Positions 22,038-29,919 of a stretch of DNA of 36,636 bases are shown here, one piece after another. The position numbers and the translations under genes are program-made. Source of the stretch: Candidatus Adlerbacteria bacterium (GTDB taxonomy: Bacteria; Patescibacteriota; Minisyncoccia; Phycocordibacterales; SBAW01); NCBI GenBank assembly GCA_043734325.1, contig JAYTFN010000082.1, positions 1-36,636 of the forward strand, written 5' to 3'. Numbering within the stretch: position 1 is the stretch's first letter; the number at the start of each line of letters is the position of its first letter. The notes under the pieces were generated by a model. That model saw nothing but the letters and a program-made list of their open reading frames with translations, was not told where the DNA came from and searched no databases.

Positions 22038-23390
22038 TTATTGACCCCTCGTCGGAAGTACATTCCACATATTTTGATCTTCTCCGCCATCGAGCTTAAA
22101 GAGAGAAACACCACGGATACCTAATCTTTTTGCCAGTTCTACCTTGTCTTTAATCGCTTCCGAATCGCTCCACACTACTATGTTAAATGGGGGAGCAAAT
22201 TGGGCAGCTATAGTAGCTTGAGAGTAAATGGTAGACGGTATGGCAGGAGTGTTGGTGAGTGCGGCATTAGGAGTTGTTGATACGGATGATGTTGCTGCTA
22301 TAGCCTTCGTAGCTTCAGTGGGCTTATAGATAAAGCTGAGTTCCCCCGCACTACTGCGAATGGGAGAAATACCCTGTACAGCCGCTAATTCGATAGCATA
22401 ACGTGGGTTAAATGCCCACTGCCGGTCATAGCGATACCCATATTCCGAAAGCGGCTTTACTGAATATTCGTACCCATACGTTGCTATACCCAAAATAATT
22501 TTCTTTTTAAGAATACTGTCTGAGGCAATTTGAATCACTTTTTCTACCCACGCAGGATCCGAAACTGGAATATATGGTGCTGCGCGCGAACGATTGAGTT
22601 TGACATCTATAGCTCCCTGGTCATAGGCCATAATCACAACTCGATCACAATATTTGTTAATAGCAGCGTAGTCGTTTGCATAGTTAGTCGCATCCTCAGG
22701 CGGCGTCGAGTCATAGCGACTATCCAGAGGTGTACGAGCTTCAATAGTGCAATACACGAACTTTGGACCCATACGTTGATACAATCCTTTTAAGAAGAGT
22801 GCAAAGAAGGGGCGTGTTTCGGCAAGTTTTCCCTCGAAGTCAATATCAATACCATCAAAATTATTTGTTTTAACTACCTGGGCTATTTCGTCTTCAAGAG
22901 CAACACGTGAAGTGTCGTTGCTGAGTATCGCATGGATTGTTTCGCCCGAACCCCACATAACAGTCGGTATAACCCGCACCTTATTTCGCCTTGCTTCTGC
23001 TATAAAACTAGTCCACGGCTCTTGAGTAAGTTTTGCCGCATCAAATAGGGTCCCGTTATTTTTCATTGTATAGCCAAATGGACTCACCGTGGTCATGTTT
23101 GGCAAATGAGGAAGTACATCTTTTGTTCCTGTTGCAGTTCGCCAGTATGGAATCCACCCACCCACCTCAAACACAGGCTTTTTAGTAACGGCTGGTCGCA
23201 CGGGTTTTAGTGGAGTCTTCGTCGTTTTAGATGGAGTCTTTAGAGAAGTTTTAGGTGTAGTTTTAGCGGCTATTGCTTTGACAGGCGCCTTTGAGGTTTT
23301 AGAAGTTGTAGTAGCAGCAAGCGCACTAAGGCCGGACATAGAAATAATAACTATTGCAATGGTTAGTGAATACACTATTGGTCTTTTCAT
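22038..23390 (-). CDS. Secreted glycoside hydrolase family 18 protein
   Basis: The ORF is trimmed to the ATG at 23390, giving the signal peptide MKRPIVYSLTIAIVIISMSGLSALA. A Lys/Thr/Pro-rich linker follows. The GH18 catalytic motif FDGIDIDFEG is present. Confidence 0.85.
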   Translation of the reverse strand: MKRPIVYSLTIAIVIISMSGLSALAATTTSKTSKAPVKAIAAKTTPKTSLKTPSKTTKTPLKPVRPAVTKKPVFEVGGWIPYWRTATGTKDVLPHLPNMTTVSPFGYTMKNNGTLFDAAKLTQEPWTSFIAEARRNKVRVIPTVMWGSGETIHAILSNDTSRVALEDEIAQVVKTNNFDGIDIDFEGKLAETRPFFALFLKGLYQRMGPKFVYCTIEARTPLDSRYDSTPPEDATNYANDYAAINKYCDRVVIMAYDQGAIDVKLNRSRAAPYIPVSDPAWVEKVIQIASDSILKKKIILGIATYGYEYSVKPLSEYGYRYDRQWAFNPRYAIELAAVQGISPIRSSAGELSFIYKPTEATKAIAATSSVSTTPNAALTNTPAIPSTIYSQATIAAQFAPPFNIVVWSDSEAIKDKVELAKRLGIRGVSLFKLDGGEDQNMWNVLPTRGQ

Positions 23391-23556
23391 GTAGTTATTA
23401 AGTTTACACTGATATAGCAAACCTTTGAAGCGTCGACAGGAGTGACGCAGCACTCCATGCCTGTACGCGACATACCGTACCGTTAGATGACGTTTTGTAC
23501 TCACGGAACTTACCGTTGCTGTAGCCAAACAATTAGACAATAGGAATAGTCTCAAC

Positions 23557-23590
23557 AAAAAGCGCTGCGTACTATGGTGCAGCGCTTTTT
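23557..23590 (-). terminator. Rho-independent terminator of typA (symmetric A/T flanks)
   Basis: AAAA-AGCGCTGC-gtactatggt-GCAGCGCT-TTTT. Confidence 0.75.
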
Positions 23591-23606
23591 ATATATTTAG
23601 TGCGTA

Positions 23607-25391
23607 TTATCGCTTGGCTTTATTGCGCGCTTGTTCAGACAAGTTTTGCTTTCGTAGTCGAACGGAAATAGGAGTTATCTCAAGATATTCGTCTTCGGTC
23701 ATGACCTCAAGACCACGCTCGATTGTAATTTCAAATGGAGGTACGAGCGAAATAGCTTCGTCGGTGCCGGAAGAGCGCATGTTTGTCAGTTGCTTTCCTT
23801 TGGTTGGGTTCACTGACATCTCTTCCCCTTTACTGGTGTTGCCTATAACCATACCCTCGTATACCTCAGTAGCAGCGCTAATATAGAGCGTGCCTCGGCC
23901 TTGGAGGTTATATAGAGAGAAGCCGAGAGCTTTACCGGGAGCCATCGAGATCATCGAGCCAACAGCACGCTTCACAATTTCACCTGCATAGGGACGAAAC
24001 TCCATAAAACGAGACGAGAGAATACCCTCACCCTTGGTGTCGAGCACAAATTGGTTACGGAATCCGAGTAGGCCGCGAGTTGGCCCTTCAAAAACAAGAC
24101 GAACAGAATCACCATGCATCTTTATGTCTTTAATAATGAACTTGCGCAAACCTAGTCGCTCGATAACGGGACCTTGAAACTCACTAGGCGTGTCAACGAT
24201 CACCTCTTCAAATGGCTCATGCCTTTTACCGTCTACTTCATGGAAAATAACTTGCGGTTGAGAGACCTGCATTTCGTACCCTTCGCGACGCATATTCTCA
24301 AGGAGAATAGCAACATGGAGCTCGCCGCGACCGGACACTTTGTAGGCAGTATCATCGGAAAAGTCGACTTTGAGTCCCACGTTGACTTCGAGCTCGCGTT
24401 CTAGTCGCTCGCGAATTTGTCGCCCGGTAACAAACTTTCCTTCGCGCCCGGCAAATGGCGAATTGTTAACGAGAAAGTTAAGCGTAATAGTTGGTTCGTC
24501 TATGGCAATTGCTGGAAGTGGTACTGCGTCTGCACTGTCAGATACTGTTTCACCAATAAAAATATCAGTTAGTCCCGCTATCATAGCAATGTCACCTGCC
24601 ACCACCTCTTCTGTCTCTATTTTTTGAAGACCTTTAAAGGTGAACATCTTTATCACCTTACCTGTCCGCACCTCGCCTGTGGGCTTTTTTATAAAAACAT
24701 TTTGACCTGTCTTTATTGTTCCTTCGTATACACGAGCAATGGCTAATCTGCCTAAAAAATTGTCGTAGCCAAGGTTAAAGGGCTGAAGGCGTAGAGGCAT
24801 TGAAGTTAACTCCGGCGAGGAGGCAGGTTTCACCTTCTCAAGAATAGTATCCAGGAGCGGTGTCAGGTCAGTTGACTCGTCTGTCAATTTCTTTTTAGCA
24901 ATTCCTTGGCGACCAATAGCATACACAACAGGGAAATCCGACTGCTCATCGTTGGCACCGAGCTCTAAAAATAGTTCGAATACTTGCTCTTCGCAGCGGT
25001 CAGGATCAGCGGCCGGCTTATCAATTTTGTTGATTACGACAATAGGACGTAGACCGAGCTCGAGTGACTTTTTGAGCACAAAACGTGTTTGCGGCATCGG
25101 ACCTTCCTGAGCGTCAACTATGAGGAGAACGGAGTCAATGGAGCGTAGCACTCGTTCAACCTCTGACCCGAAGTCGGCGTGCCCAGGGGTATCGACAATA
25201 TTTATTTTCGTACCTTTGTACATTATTGCCGCAGGCTTGGAGTAAATGGTAATTCCCCGCTCACGCTCCAAGTCGTTAGAGTCCATAGTGACACCTTCTT
25301 CGGCAGCCCCTGTTTGGCGCAACACAGCGTCGGTCAAGGTTGTCTTGCCGTGGTCCACGTGCGCGATAATTGCAATATTTCGGATATCCAT
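23607..25391 (-). CDS. typA: Translational GTPase TypA/BipA
   Basis: The N-terminus is IRNIAIIAHVDHGKTTL, with DTPGHADF and NKID G-motifs. The EF-G-like domains and the TypA C-terminal region are present. Confidence 0.95.
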   Translation of the reverse strand: MDIRNIAIIAHVDHGKTTLTDAVLRQTGAAEEGVTMDSNDLERERGITIYSKPAAIMYKGTKINIVDTPGHADFGSEVERVLRSIDSVLLIVDAQEGPMPQTRFVLKKSLELGLRPIVVINKIDKPAADPDRCEEQVFELFLELGANDEQSDFPVVYAIGRQGIAKKKLTDESTDLTPLLDTILEKVKPASSPELTSMPLRLQPFNLGYDNFLGRLAIARVYEGTIKTGQNVFIKKPTGEVRTGKVIKMFTFKGLQKIETEEVVAGDIAMIAGLTDIFIGETVSDSADAVPLPAIAIDEPTITLNFLVNNSPFAGREGKFVTGRQIRERLERELEVNVGLKVDFSDDTAYKVSGRGELHVAILLENMRREGYEMQVSQPQVIFHEVDGKRHEPFEEVIVDTPSEFQGPVIERLGLRKFIIKDIKMHGDSVRLVFEGPTRGLLGFRNQFVLDTKGEGILSSRFMEFRPYAGEIVKRAVGSMISMAPGKALGFSLYNLQGRGTLYISAATEVYEGMVIGNTSKGEEMSVNPTKGKQLTNMRSSGTDEAISLVPPFEITIERGLEVMTEDEYLEITPISVRLRKQNLSEQARNKAKR

Positions 25392-25445
25392 GTCTTAGGT
25401 AAAATAGTTGAACAAAAAAACCGGGACAGACCCGATAGTAGGCAC

Positions 25446-25474
25446 ATAGTACCACAATTTTTGTATATGTGTAA
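25446..25474 (-). promoter_or_regulatory. Promoter candidate for typA
   Basis: The minus strand reads TTACAC (25469-25474), a 17-nt spacer ending in TGG, then TACTAT (25446-25451). Confidence 0.45.
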
Positions 25475-25574
25475 GCAACGTGAAAAAGCAGTACTTCATC
25501 AGTTTAACGCTCCAGTGCTCCTGTAAAGAAAAACGGTTACGTACCCTGCCTCACATTCTTTTCAATAGATTAAA

Positions 25575-25619
25575 ATTCCAAAAGAAATAGGACCGCTCTG
25601 TAAAATACAGAACGGTCCT
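25575..25619 (-). terminator. Rho-independent terminator of the PP2C-like gene
   Basis: The minus strand reads AGGACCGTTCTGTA-TTT-TACAGAGCGGTCCT followed by ATTTCTTTTGG. Confidence 0.75.
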
Positions 25620-25623
25620 TTGT

Positions 25624-26511
25624 TTACTCGGCAAACACGAGTTGTACCATTGTGGCTTCGGGCCACCCGTTGATATGAGGCGAGCCACCTACGCGCATCG
25701 TTTCACTATCCCGCCAATCAAGAAGTGCTTGAGTGCCTTCAGTTGAAAGCTCGAGGAGCTTCTGAGTAAGTTTTTCGCGTTGGTCACTCGCAGTCCACGA
25801 CAGGGGCAGCATGCCATCTGTCAGGAGAAGCACAAGCCGCGGATGGCTCGAATGAGCAATACGGAAATTCGTCCAACAATTCTGTACGGCATGGTCGCCA
25901 TTAAGTAGAGCAAACCCACCGCTACCGATCTGCTTGTTGATATATTTCAAACGCTTCTTTTCACAGAAAGTGAAATGCGCATCCCACGCATTTTCTTTAT
26001 TACCTCCTTGCTCCATGAGGTGACGCGCGAAGTTCTTTTCTTCGAGAAATTCAACTATTTGGGCGGCTGTATCAAAGCCACTTACAAAGCGGACACCCGT
26101 ATCGTCGATAACAAAGACTGCACAGTCGGATCCAAGAATGAACTCCAGACCATCCTTAGCCACCTTACAGAAGGCAAAGCCGGTACCACCGACATCGTCT
26201 AATCCAGGCATCTTGCCCATGTTCTTATGTTCAAGCCAAATACGCGTATTCATCTGCAACACAAGTTGCTCGAGATCTATTGCGGTATCCCGCGCCTCGG
26301 AACCTACACGGCAGACTATGGATGCAGCCACTTGCCCACCGGTAAGGCCTTTCGAGTAGCGAAGTGGTGGATGTTTCGGGCTGTAGGCAGCAGAGACACC
26401 GTCTACAACACCAAAAAACCCTGCACAAATGTTCAAAAAATGTCCGTCTTCTATATGCGCCGTATGGTCAGTTGGATATCGGTAGAAGGCAGTCGCTGAA
26501 AGAAGATGCAT
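25624..26511 (-). CDS. PP2C-like protein phosphatase domain protein
   Basis: The ORF is trimmed to the ATG at 26511, which is preceded by a GAGGAAAG RBS. PP2C-like blocks FGVVDGVS, GGTGFAF and LLLTDGM are present. The assignment is tentative. Confidence 0.55.
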   Translation of the reverse strand: MHLLSATAFYRYPTDHTAHIEDGHFLNICAGFFGVVDGVSAAYSPKHPPLRYSKGLTGGQVAASIVCRVGSEARDTAIDLEQLVLQMNTRIWLEHKNMGKMPGLDDVGGTGFAFCKVAKDGLEFILGSDCAVFVIDDTGVRFVSGFDTAAQIVEFLEEKNFARHLMEQGGNKENAWDAHFTFCEKKRLKYINKQIGSGGFALLNGDHAVQNCWTNFRIAHSSHPRLVLLLTDGMLPLSWTASDQREKLTQKLLELSTEGTQALLDWRDSETMRVGGSPHINGWPEATMVQLVFAE

Positions 26512-26675
26512 TGCTTTCCTCACTAGATTTGTGGATTTACGTCTAGTATAAATTAGATACTAATTTATTTATTTGTCAAATGTTACGTAATGGTTCAATA
26601 GCTTGGACGCACTTATACAGCTACCATCAAGTACGTTGCTTACACACAAAATCCTCACGCGCACAACGTGCAACG

Positions 26676-26969
26676 TTACTTCATCATAGTGTTCGCTTGC
26701 TGCGTTATCATCTTTTCAATTTTCCCCTCAAACAAACGCCACATGAGCGGAAGTTTCGCATCAACAATAAACTCAGTTTCGGTAATCTTTAACGTACCAG
26801 TCACCTCTTTACCTTGTGCGGTAAAAGCGAAAGCAAGGTTAGGTCCATCCCAGTCTTGTTTATTAATATTGACCTGGTCTTTCATGTGCGGGCGAGCATC
26901 AATGAGTCCTTTTTTTACTCGTTCGATTGCTGCTTTTTGAGATGTTTGATGTGGTATTTGTACGTGCAT
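26676..26969 (-). CDS. Polyhydroxyalkanoic acid system (PHA_gran_rgn)-like small protein
   Basis: The 97-aa ORF has the layout typical of this family: MHVQIPH...A.ERVKK...W.G....F.F...G..V.G.L.I....F.VDAKLP....F.GKIE..I. Confidence 0.55.
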   Translation of the reverse strand: MHVQIPHQTSQKAAIERVKKGLIDARPHMKDQVNINKQDWDGPNLAFAFTAQGKEVTGTLKITETEFIVDAKLPLMWRLFEGKIEKMITQQANTMMK

Positions 26970-27609
26970 TTTTTGATTCTACCACAACAGGCTTTTTTAG
27001 TTTATTATCGTCCGCAACGCGCCACATATACCACGCAGCGACTGAGGCATGTTGCCGCCACGGCTTGGCTAGTTGCTCCATTTTTTGAGCAGTTGGCAAT
27101 TCACGAAGTTTATATACAACCTGCATTCCTTTGCGCACCCCGAGGTCGCCCACCGGCAGTACGTCGAGACGGCCGAGCGTGAAAATCATAAACATATGTA
27201 CTGTCCATACTCCTACCCCCTTCACCTGTACCAGATGCTCCAAAATGTCCGGCGTCGACATAGTACCCAACTCCTGTTCGCGAATAGTGCCGTCTGAAAA
27301 CTTGAGAGCAAGATCTTTAATGTATGATGCTTTTTTTCCGGAAAGACCTGCATTTCGTAACTCTTCGACGGATTTCTCATGCACTTGCTTTGGAGTTGGA
27401 AATGAGGATGTTGGAAATAATGCGACAAAGCGAGTCATAATAGCTGCCGCAGCCAGTCCCGTTACCTGCTGGTAGATTATTGAGCGCACTAGAGACTGGA
27501 AGTAGCCCATATCACGCAAGATGTTTGGCCTCCCGTGCTTTTTAATGAGCGCAGCAAGTCGAGGGTCCTTTCTTAGTGCTCTAAGTGATGCATCCATGGT
27601 CCTTCTCAC
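26899..27609 (-). CDS. DNA-3-methyladenine glycosylase II (AlkA-like, HhH-GPD superfamily)
   Basis: The ORF reads SIIYQQVTGLAAAAI...LVQVKGVGVWTVHMFMIFTLGRLDVLPVGDLGVRKG...PWRQHASVAAWYMW. A 35-aa basic tail overlaps the next gene. Confidence 0.8.
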   Translation of the reverse strand: MRRTMDASLRALRKDPRLAALIKKHGRPNILRDMGYFQSLVRSIIYQQVTGLAAAAIMTRFVALFPTSSFPTPKQVHEKSVEELRNAGLSGKKASYIKDLALKFSDGTIREQELGTMSTPDILEHLVQVKGVGVWTVHMFMIFTLGRLDVLPVGDLGVRKGMQVVYKLRELPTAQKMEQLAKPWRQHASVAAWYMWRVADDNKLKKPVVVESKNARTNTTSNISKSSNRTSKKRTH

Positions 27610-27777
27610 TATAACAAAACTCCCCAGTCAAAGCAGCGTTTACCAGCGACACTAAAAGTAGAGCAAAACGTGTTGAAGTAGAAATTGCATATGTCTGTTG
27701 TAACCTCTGTTTACATTGGGGCGTTGTAGTAAGTGCAGTAACAACAAAAAACAAACCACATGATAAAAATGAGTTTA

Positions 27778-27816
27778 GCCGGGGAGTCCCGCTCCAAGGA
27801 GTTGGGGCTCCCCGGC
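27778..27816 (-). terminator. Terminator-like GC hairpin downstream of the SET gene
   Basis: GCCGGGGAG...CTCCCCGGC forms a 9-bp stem. On the minus strand the U-run (CATTTTTATC) begins 8 nt after the stem. Confidence 0.4.
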
Positions 27817-27856
27817 GCGTTTACCTGAGTGCCTGAGCATTACGCGCGAAAGTGTA

Positions 27857-28333
27857 TTACTCTAACTCTTTTTCGATAAACAGTGGGAACAGACGTAGCT
27901 TTTTATATATTTCTCTTGTGTAAGGCGGAATAGTCAAGACATTCCCCACCTTGCGGCGACACGTCTTGGAATTACACAAACACCGCATACTCCACTTGCA
28001 GTGCAAACAAACGACCGCAGAGTAGTCATAACAGATCTCTTCACCTTTTTGGATGTCTCGTAGTGCCAGGAGCTTCGTCCCCTGCTTAAAGCCTGCGTTA
28101 GGCTCGCACGAATGGTTAAAGAGGTACGGCAACTTGTTGAGTTTAATGAAAGTATCTTCCTCTATCTGAAATGGATCGTCTGCACGGATCTTCCCGGCGT
28201 CTATAGCAGCTTCGACCGCCTCAGTGGACATAGTGCGCCCGCGCATCTCCACTATATGCACGCCCTTTTTGATGGTCTCATACGCAAAAACACCGTTGCC
28301 GGTGTTTGCCCTGCCTATGCGAAGTTTCGACAT
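27857..28333 (-). CDS. SET-domain protein-lysine methyltransferase
   Basis: It has NHSCEPNA, the EEICYDYS motif and a Cys-rich post-SET region (CLHCKWSMRCLCNSKTCRRK). It lies 22 nt downstream of the DEAD-box gene. Confidence 0.85.
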   Translation of the reverse strand: MSKLRIGRANTGNGVFAYETIKKGVHIVEMRGRTMSTEAVEAAIDAGKIRADDPFQIEEDTFIKLNKLPYLFNHSCEPNAGFKQGTKLLALRDIQKGEEICYDYSAVVCLHCKWSMRCLCNSKTCRRKVGNVLTIPPYTREIYKKLRLFPLFIEKELE

Positions 28334-28355
28334 AGGTAGATGGTAACGCAGTTGT

Positions 28356-29744
28356 CTAGTCGATGAAAGTTAGAGCAAATCCTTTTTTGTTGCCACGACC
28401 GGTTCGGCCGATGCGGTGGACGTAGTCGTCGTACGTCATAGGGATATCGAAGTTAATTACGTGCGATACGTCTGCAATGTCGAGGCCGCGAGCAGCTACG
28501 TCAGTTGCCACAAGGACCTGAGCTTTGTTCTCTTTAAAGTTAGAGAGTGAGCGCTGGCGTTGACTGTGGCTCTTATTGCCGTGAATAGACTCCGCCTTAA
28601 ACCCGCGTTGCGAGAGTGACTTCGCCAATTTTTCAACACCATGCTTAGTTTTGCCGAAAACAATAACTTTATTGAATTCTTTTTGGGTCAAGAGGTCATG
28701 AAGCACATCAACCTTGTCTTTGCCGCCAACCGAGACAACGTCTTGGTCAACATTTTTTGCAGTTGCGCCTGTCGTTACTTTGATGCGAACCGGTTCATGA
28801 AGAAACTCGTTAATGAGTGCTTCAATTTCAGTTGAAAGAGTTGCAGAGAAGAAGAGTGTCTGACGGTCCTTTGCCATGCCTTTCATAACGTAGCGCATGT
28901 CGTTAATAAAGCCCATGTCGAGCATGCGATCTGCTTCGTCCAACACGATAGTACGATATTCGCCAAGGCGGATTTTACCGCGCTCAATAAGGTCTTTGAG
29001 ACGGCCAGGAGTCCCTATGACAAAACTGTTTTTGTATTTAAGCGCACTTATTTGTGGCATAATGTTGGCGCCACCAACACATACGACTGAGAATAGCTTC
29101 ATACCGCGAGTCAACCCTTTGAGCTCGGTTTCAATTTGAATAGCAAGTTCGCGCGTCGGAACGATAATAAGCACTTGTTCCTGCGGATTAAGGCGTACTT
29201 TGTTGATGAGGGGCACGAGGAATGCTGCAGTTTTACCGGTGCCGGTATTAGCGATACCTACAACGTCCTGGCCACGCAGTACGTGCGGAATTGCACGGTC
29301 TTGGATAGGAGTCGGGGTTATATACCCCTTGGCCGAAACTGCGCTCTTTACCTCGTCAGTAACTTGAAAGTCAGCAAACTGGTGCTCAGGCACAAAGTGG
29401 ACGACCTCTTCGGTAATTATAGCTTTGTTAACAAATTTGGAAGGATGGATATATTGACCCATATTTGCCTTGGAACCTCCACGACCTCCGCGGGAACCTC
29501 CTCCAAAACTTGGTCGGCTGCCACCAAAGGATGGACGACCGGTATTGCGGCCGCCGAAAGACGGTCGCGCGAAAGATGACGAAGTAGTGGAAGACCCACT
29601 GCTTGCACGGTTTGGCCTGAAACCTCCGGCTGAGGCGCCTCCTTCTGTTTTAGCAAACCCTGAACCACTGCGGGTTGGGCTTTTTTTGAAGCTGCCACGA
29701 GAAAATTTCGGGCGGCTCGCGTCACTGTTTGATCCTTGATACAT
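28356..29744 (-). CDS. DEAD-box ATP-dependent RNA helicase with an N-terminal Ser/Gly/Arg-rich low-complexity region
   Basis: Q-motif (FADFQVTDE...GYITPTPIQ), AxTGTGKT (ANTGTGKTAAF), VLDEADRM, SAT and HRIGRTGR motifs are present. The ORF is trimmed to the ATG at 29744, but the start is uncertain. Confidence 0.93.
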   Translation of the reverse strand: MYQGSNSDASRPKFSRGSFKKSPTRSGSGFAKTEGGASAGGFRPNRASSGSSTTSSSFARPSFGGRNTGRPSFGGSRPSFGGGSRGGRGGSKANMGQYIHPSKFVNKAIITEEVVHFVPEHQFADFQVTDEVKSAVSAKGYITPTPIQDRAIPHVLRGQDVVGIANTGTGKTAAFLVPLINKVRLNPQEQVLIIVPTRELAIQIETELKGLTRGMKLFSVVCVGGANIMPQISALKYKNSFVIGTPGRLKDLIERGKIRLGEYRTIVLDEADRMLDMGFINDMRYVMKGMAKDRQTLFFSATLSTEIEALINEFLHEPVRIKVTTGATAKNVDQDVVSVGGKDKVDVLHDLLTQKEFNKVIVFGKTKHGVEKLAKSLSQRGFKAESIHGNKSHSQRQRSLSNFKENKAQVLVATDVAARGLDIADVSHVINFDIPMTYDDYVHRIGRTGRGNKKGFALTFID

Positions 29745-29871
29745 GTGTATATAGTGCGAGATAACTCGCAAATAACTCCCGGGTTTAGAGTAGTAATAAG
29801 CCGGGTCCCACGAGTTTTAAAAAAGAGATACCTGTTGAGGCACACCAAACCCAAGAGAGTGTTATGTAGTA

Positions 29872-29900
29872 ATACTATACTAGTGTAGCTGTTTTGTCAA
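29872..29900 (-). promoter_or_regulatory. Promoter candidate for the DEAD-box/SET operon with a ~120-nt leader
   Basis: The minus strand reads TTGACA (29895-29900), a 17-nt spacer, then TAGTAT (29872-29877). Confidence 0.45.
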
Positions 29901-29919
29901 TAGTTCCTACCCTATAACC

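Noticed and set aside
23391-23558. This is the N-terminal 56-codon extension of the GH18 ORF. I also considered a riboswitch in the ~170-nt leader, for example a c-di-AMP type as seen before wall hydrolases.
   Set aside because: The extension is Arg/Cys/Leu-rich with no signal peptide, whereas the internal Met gives a canonical signal peptide. I could not recognise any riboswitch consensus by eye, and only a small GGAGTG/CACTCC hairpin is present.
28861-28880. This is an ACGGTCCTTTGCC string inside the DEAD-box gene that resembles the element arm.
   Set aside because: It is a single short arm without a partner, and it lies in the conserved helicase core (MAKDRQTLFFSAT). It is most likely a coincidence.
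29417-29854. These are two long ORFs (29417-29854 minus, 29470-29739 plus) overlapping the 5' end of the DEAD-box gene.
   Set aside because: They arise from the Ser/Gly/Arg-rich repeat coding region, which is open in several frames. The helicase frame continues into canonical motifs.
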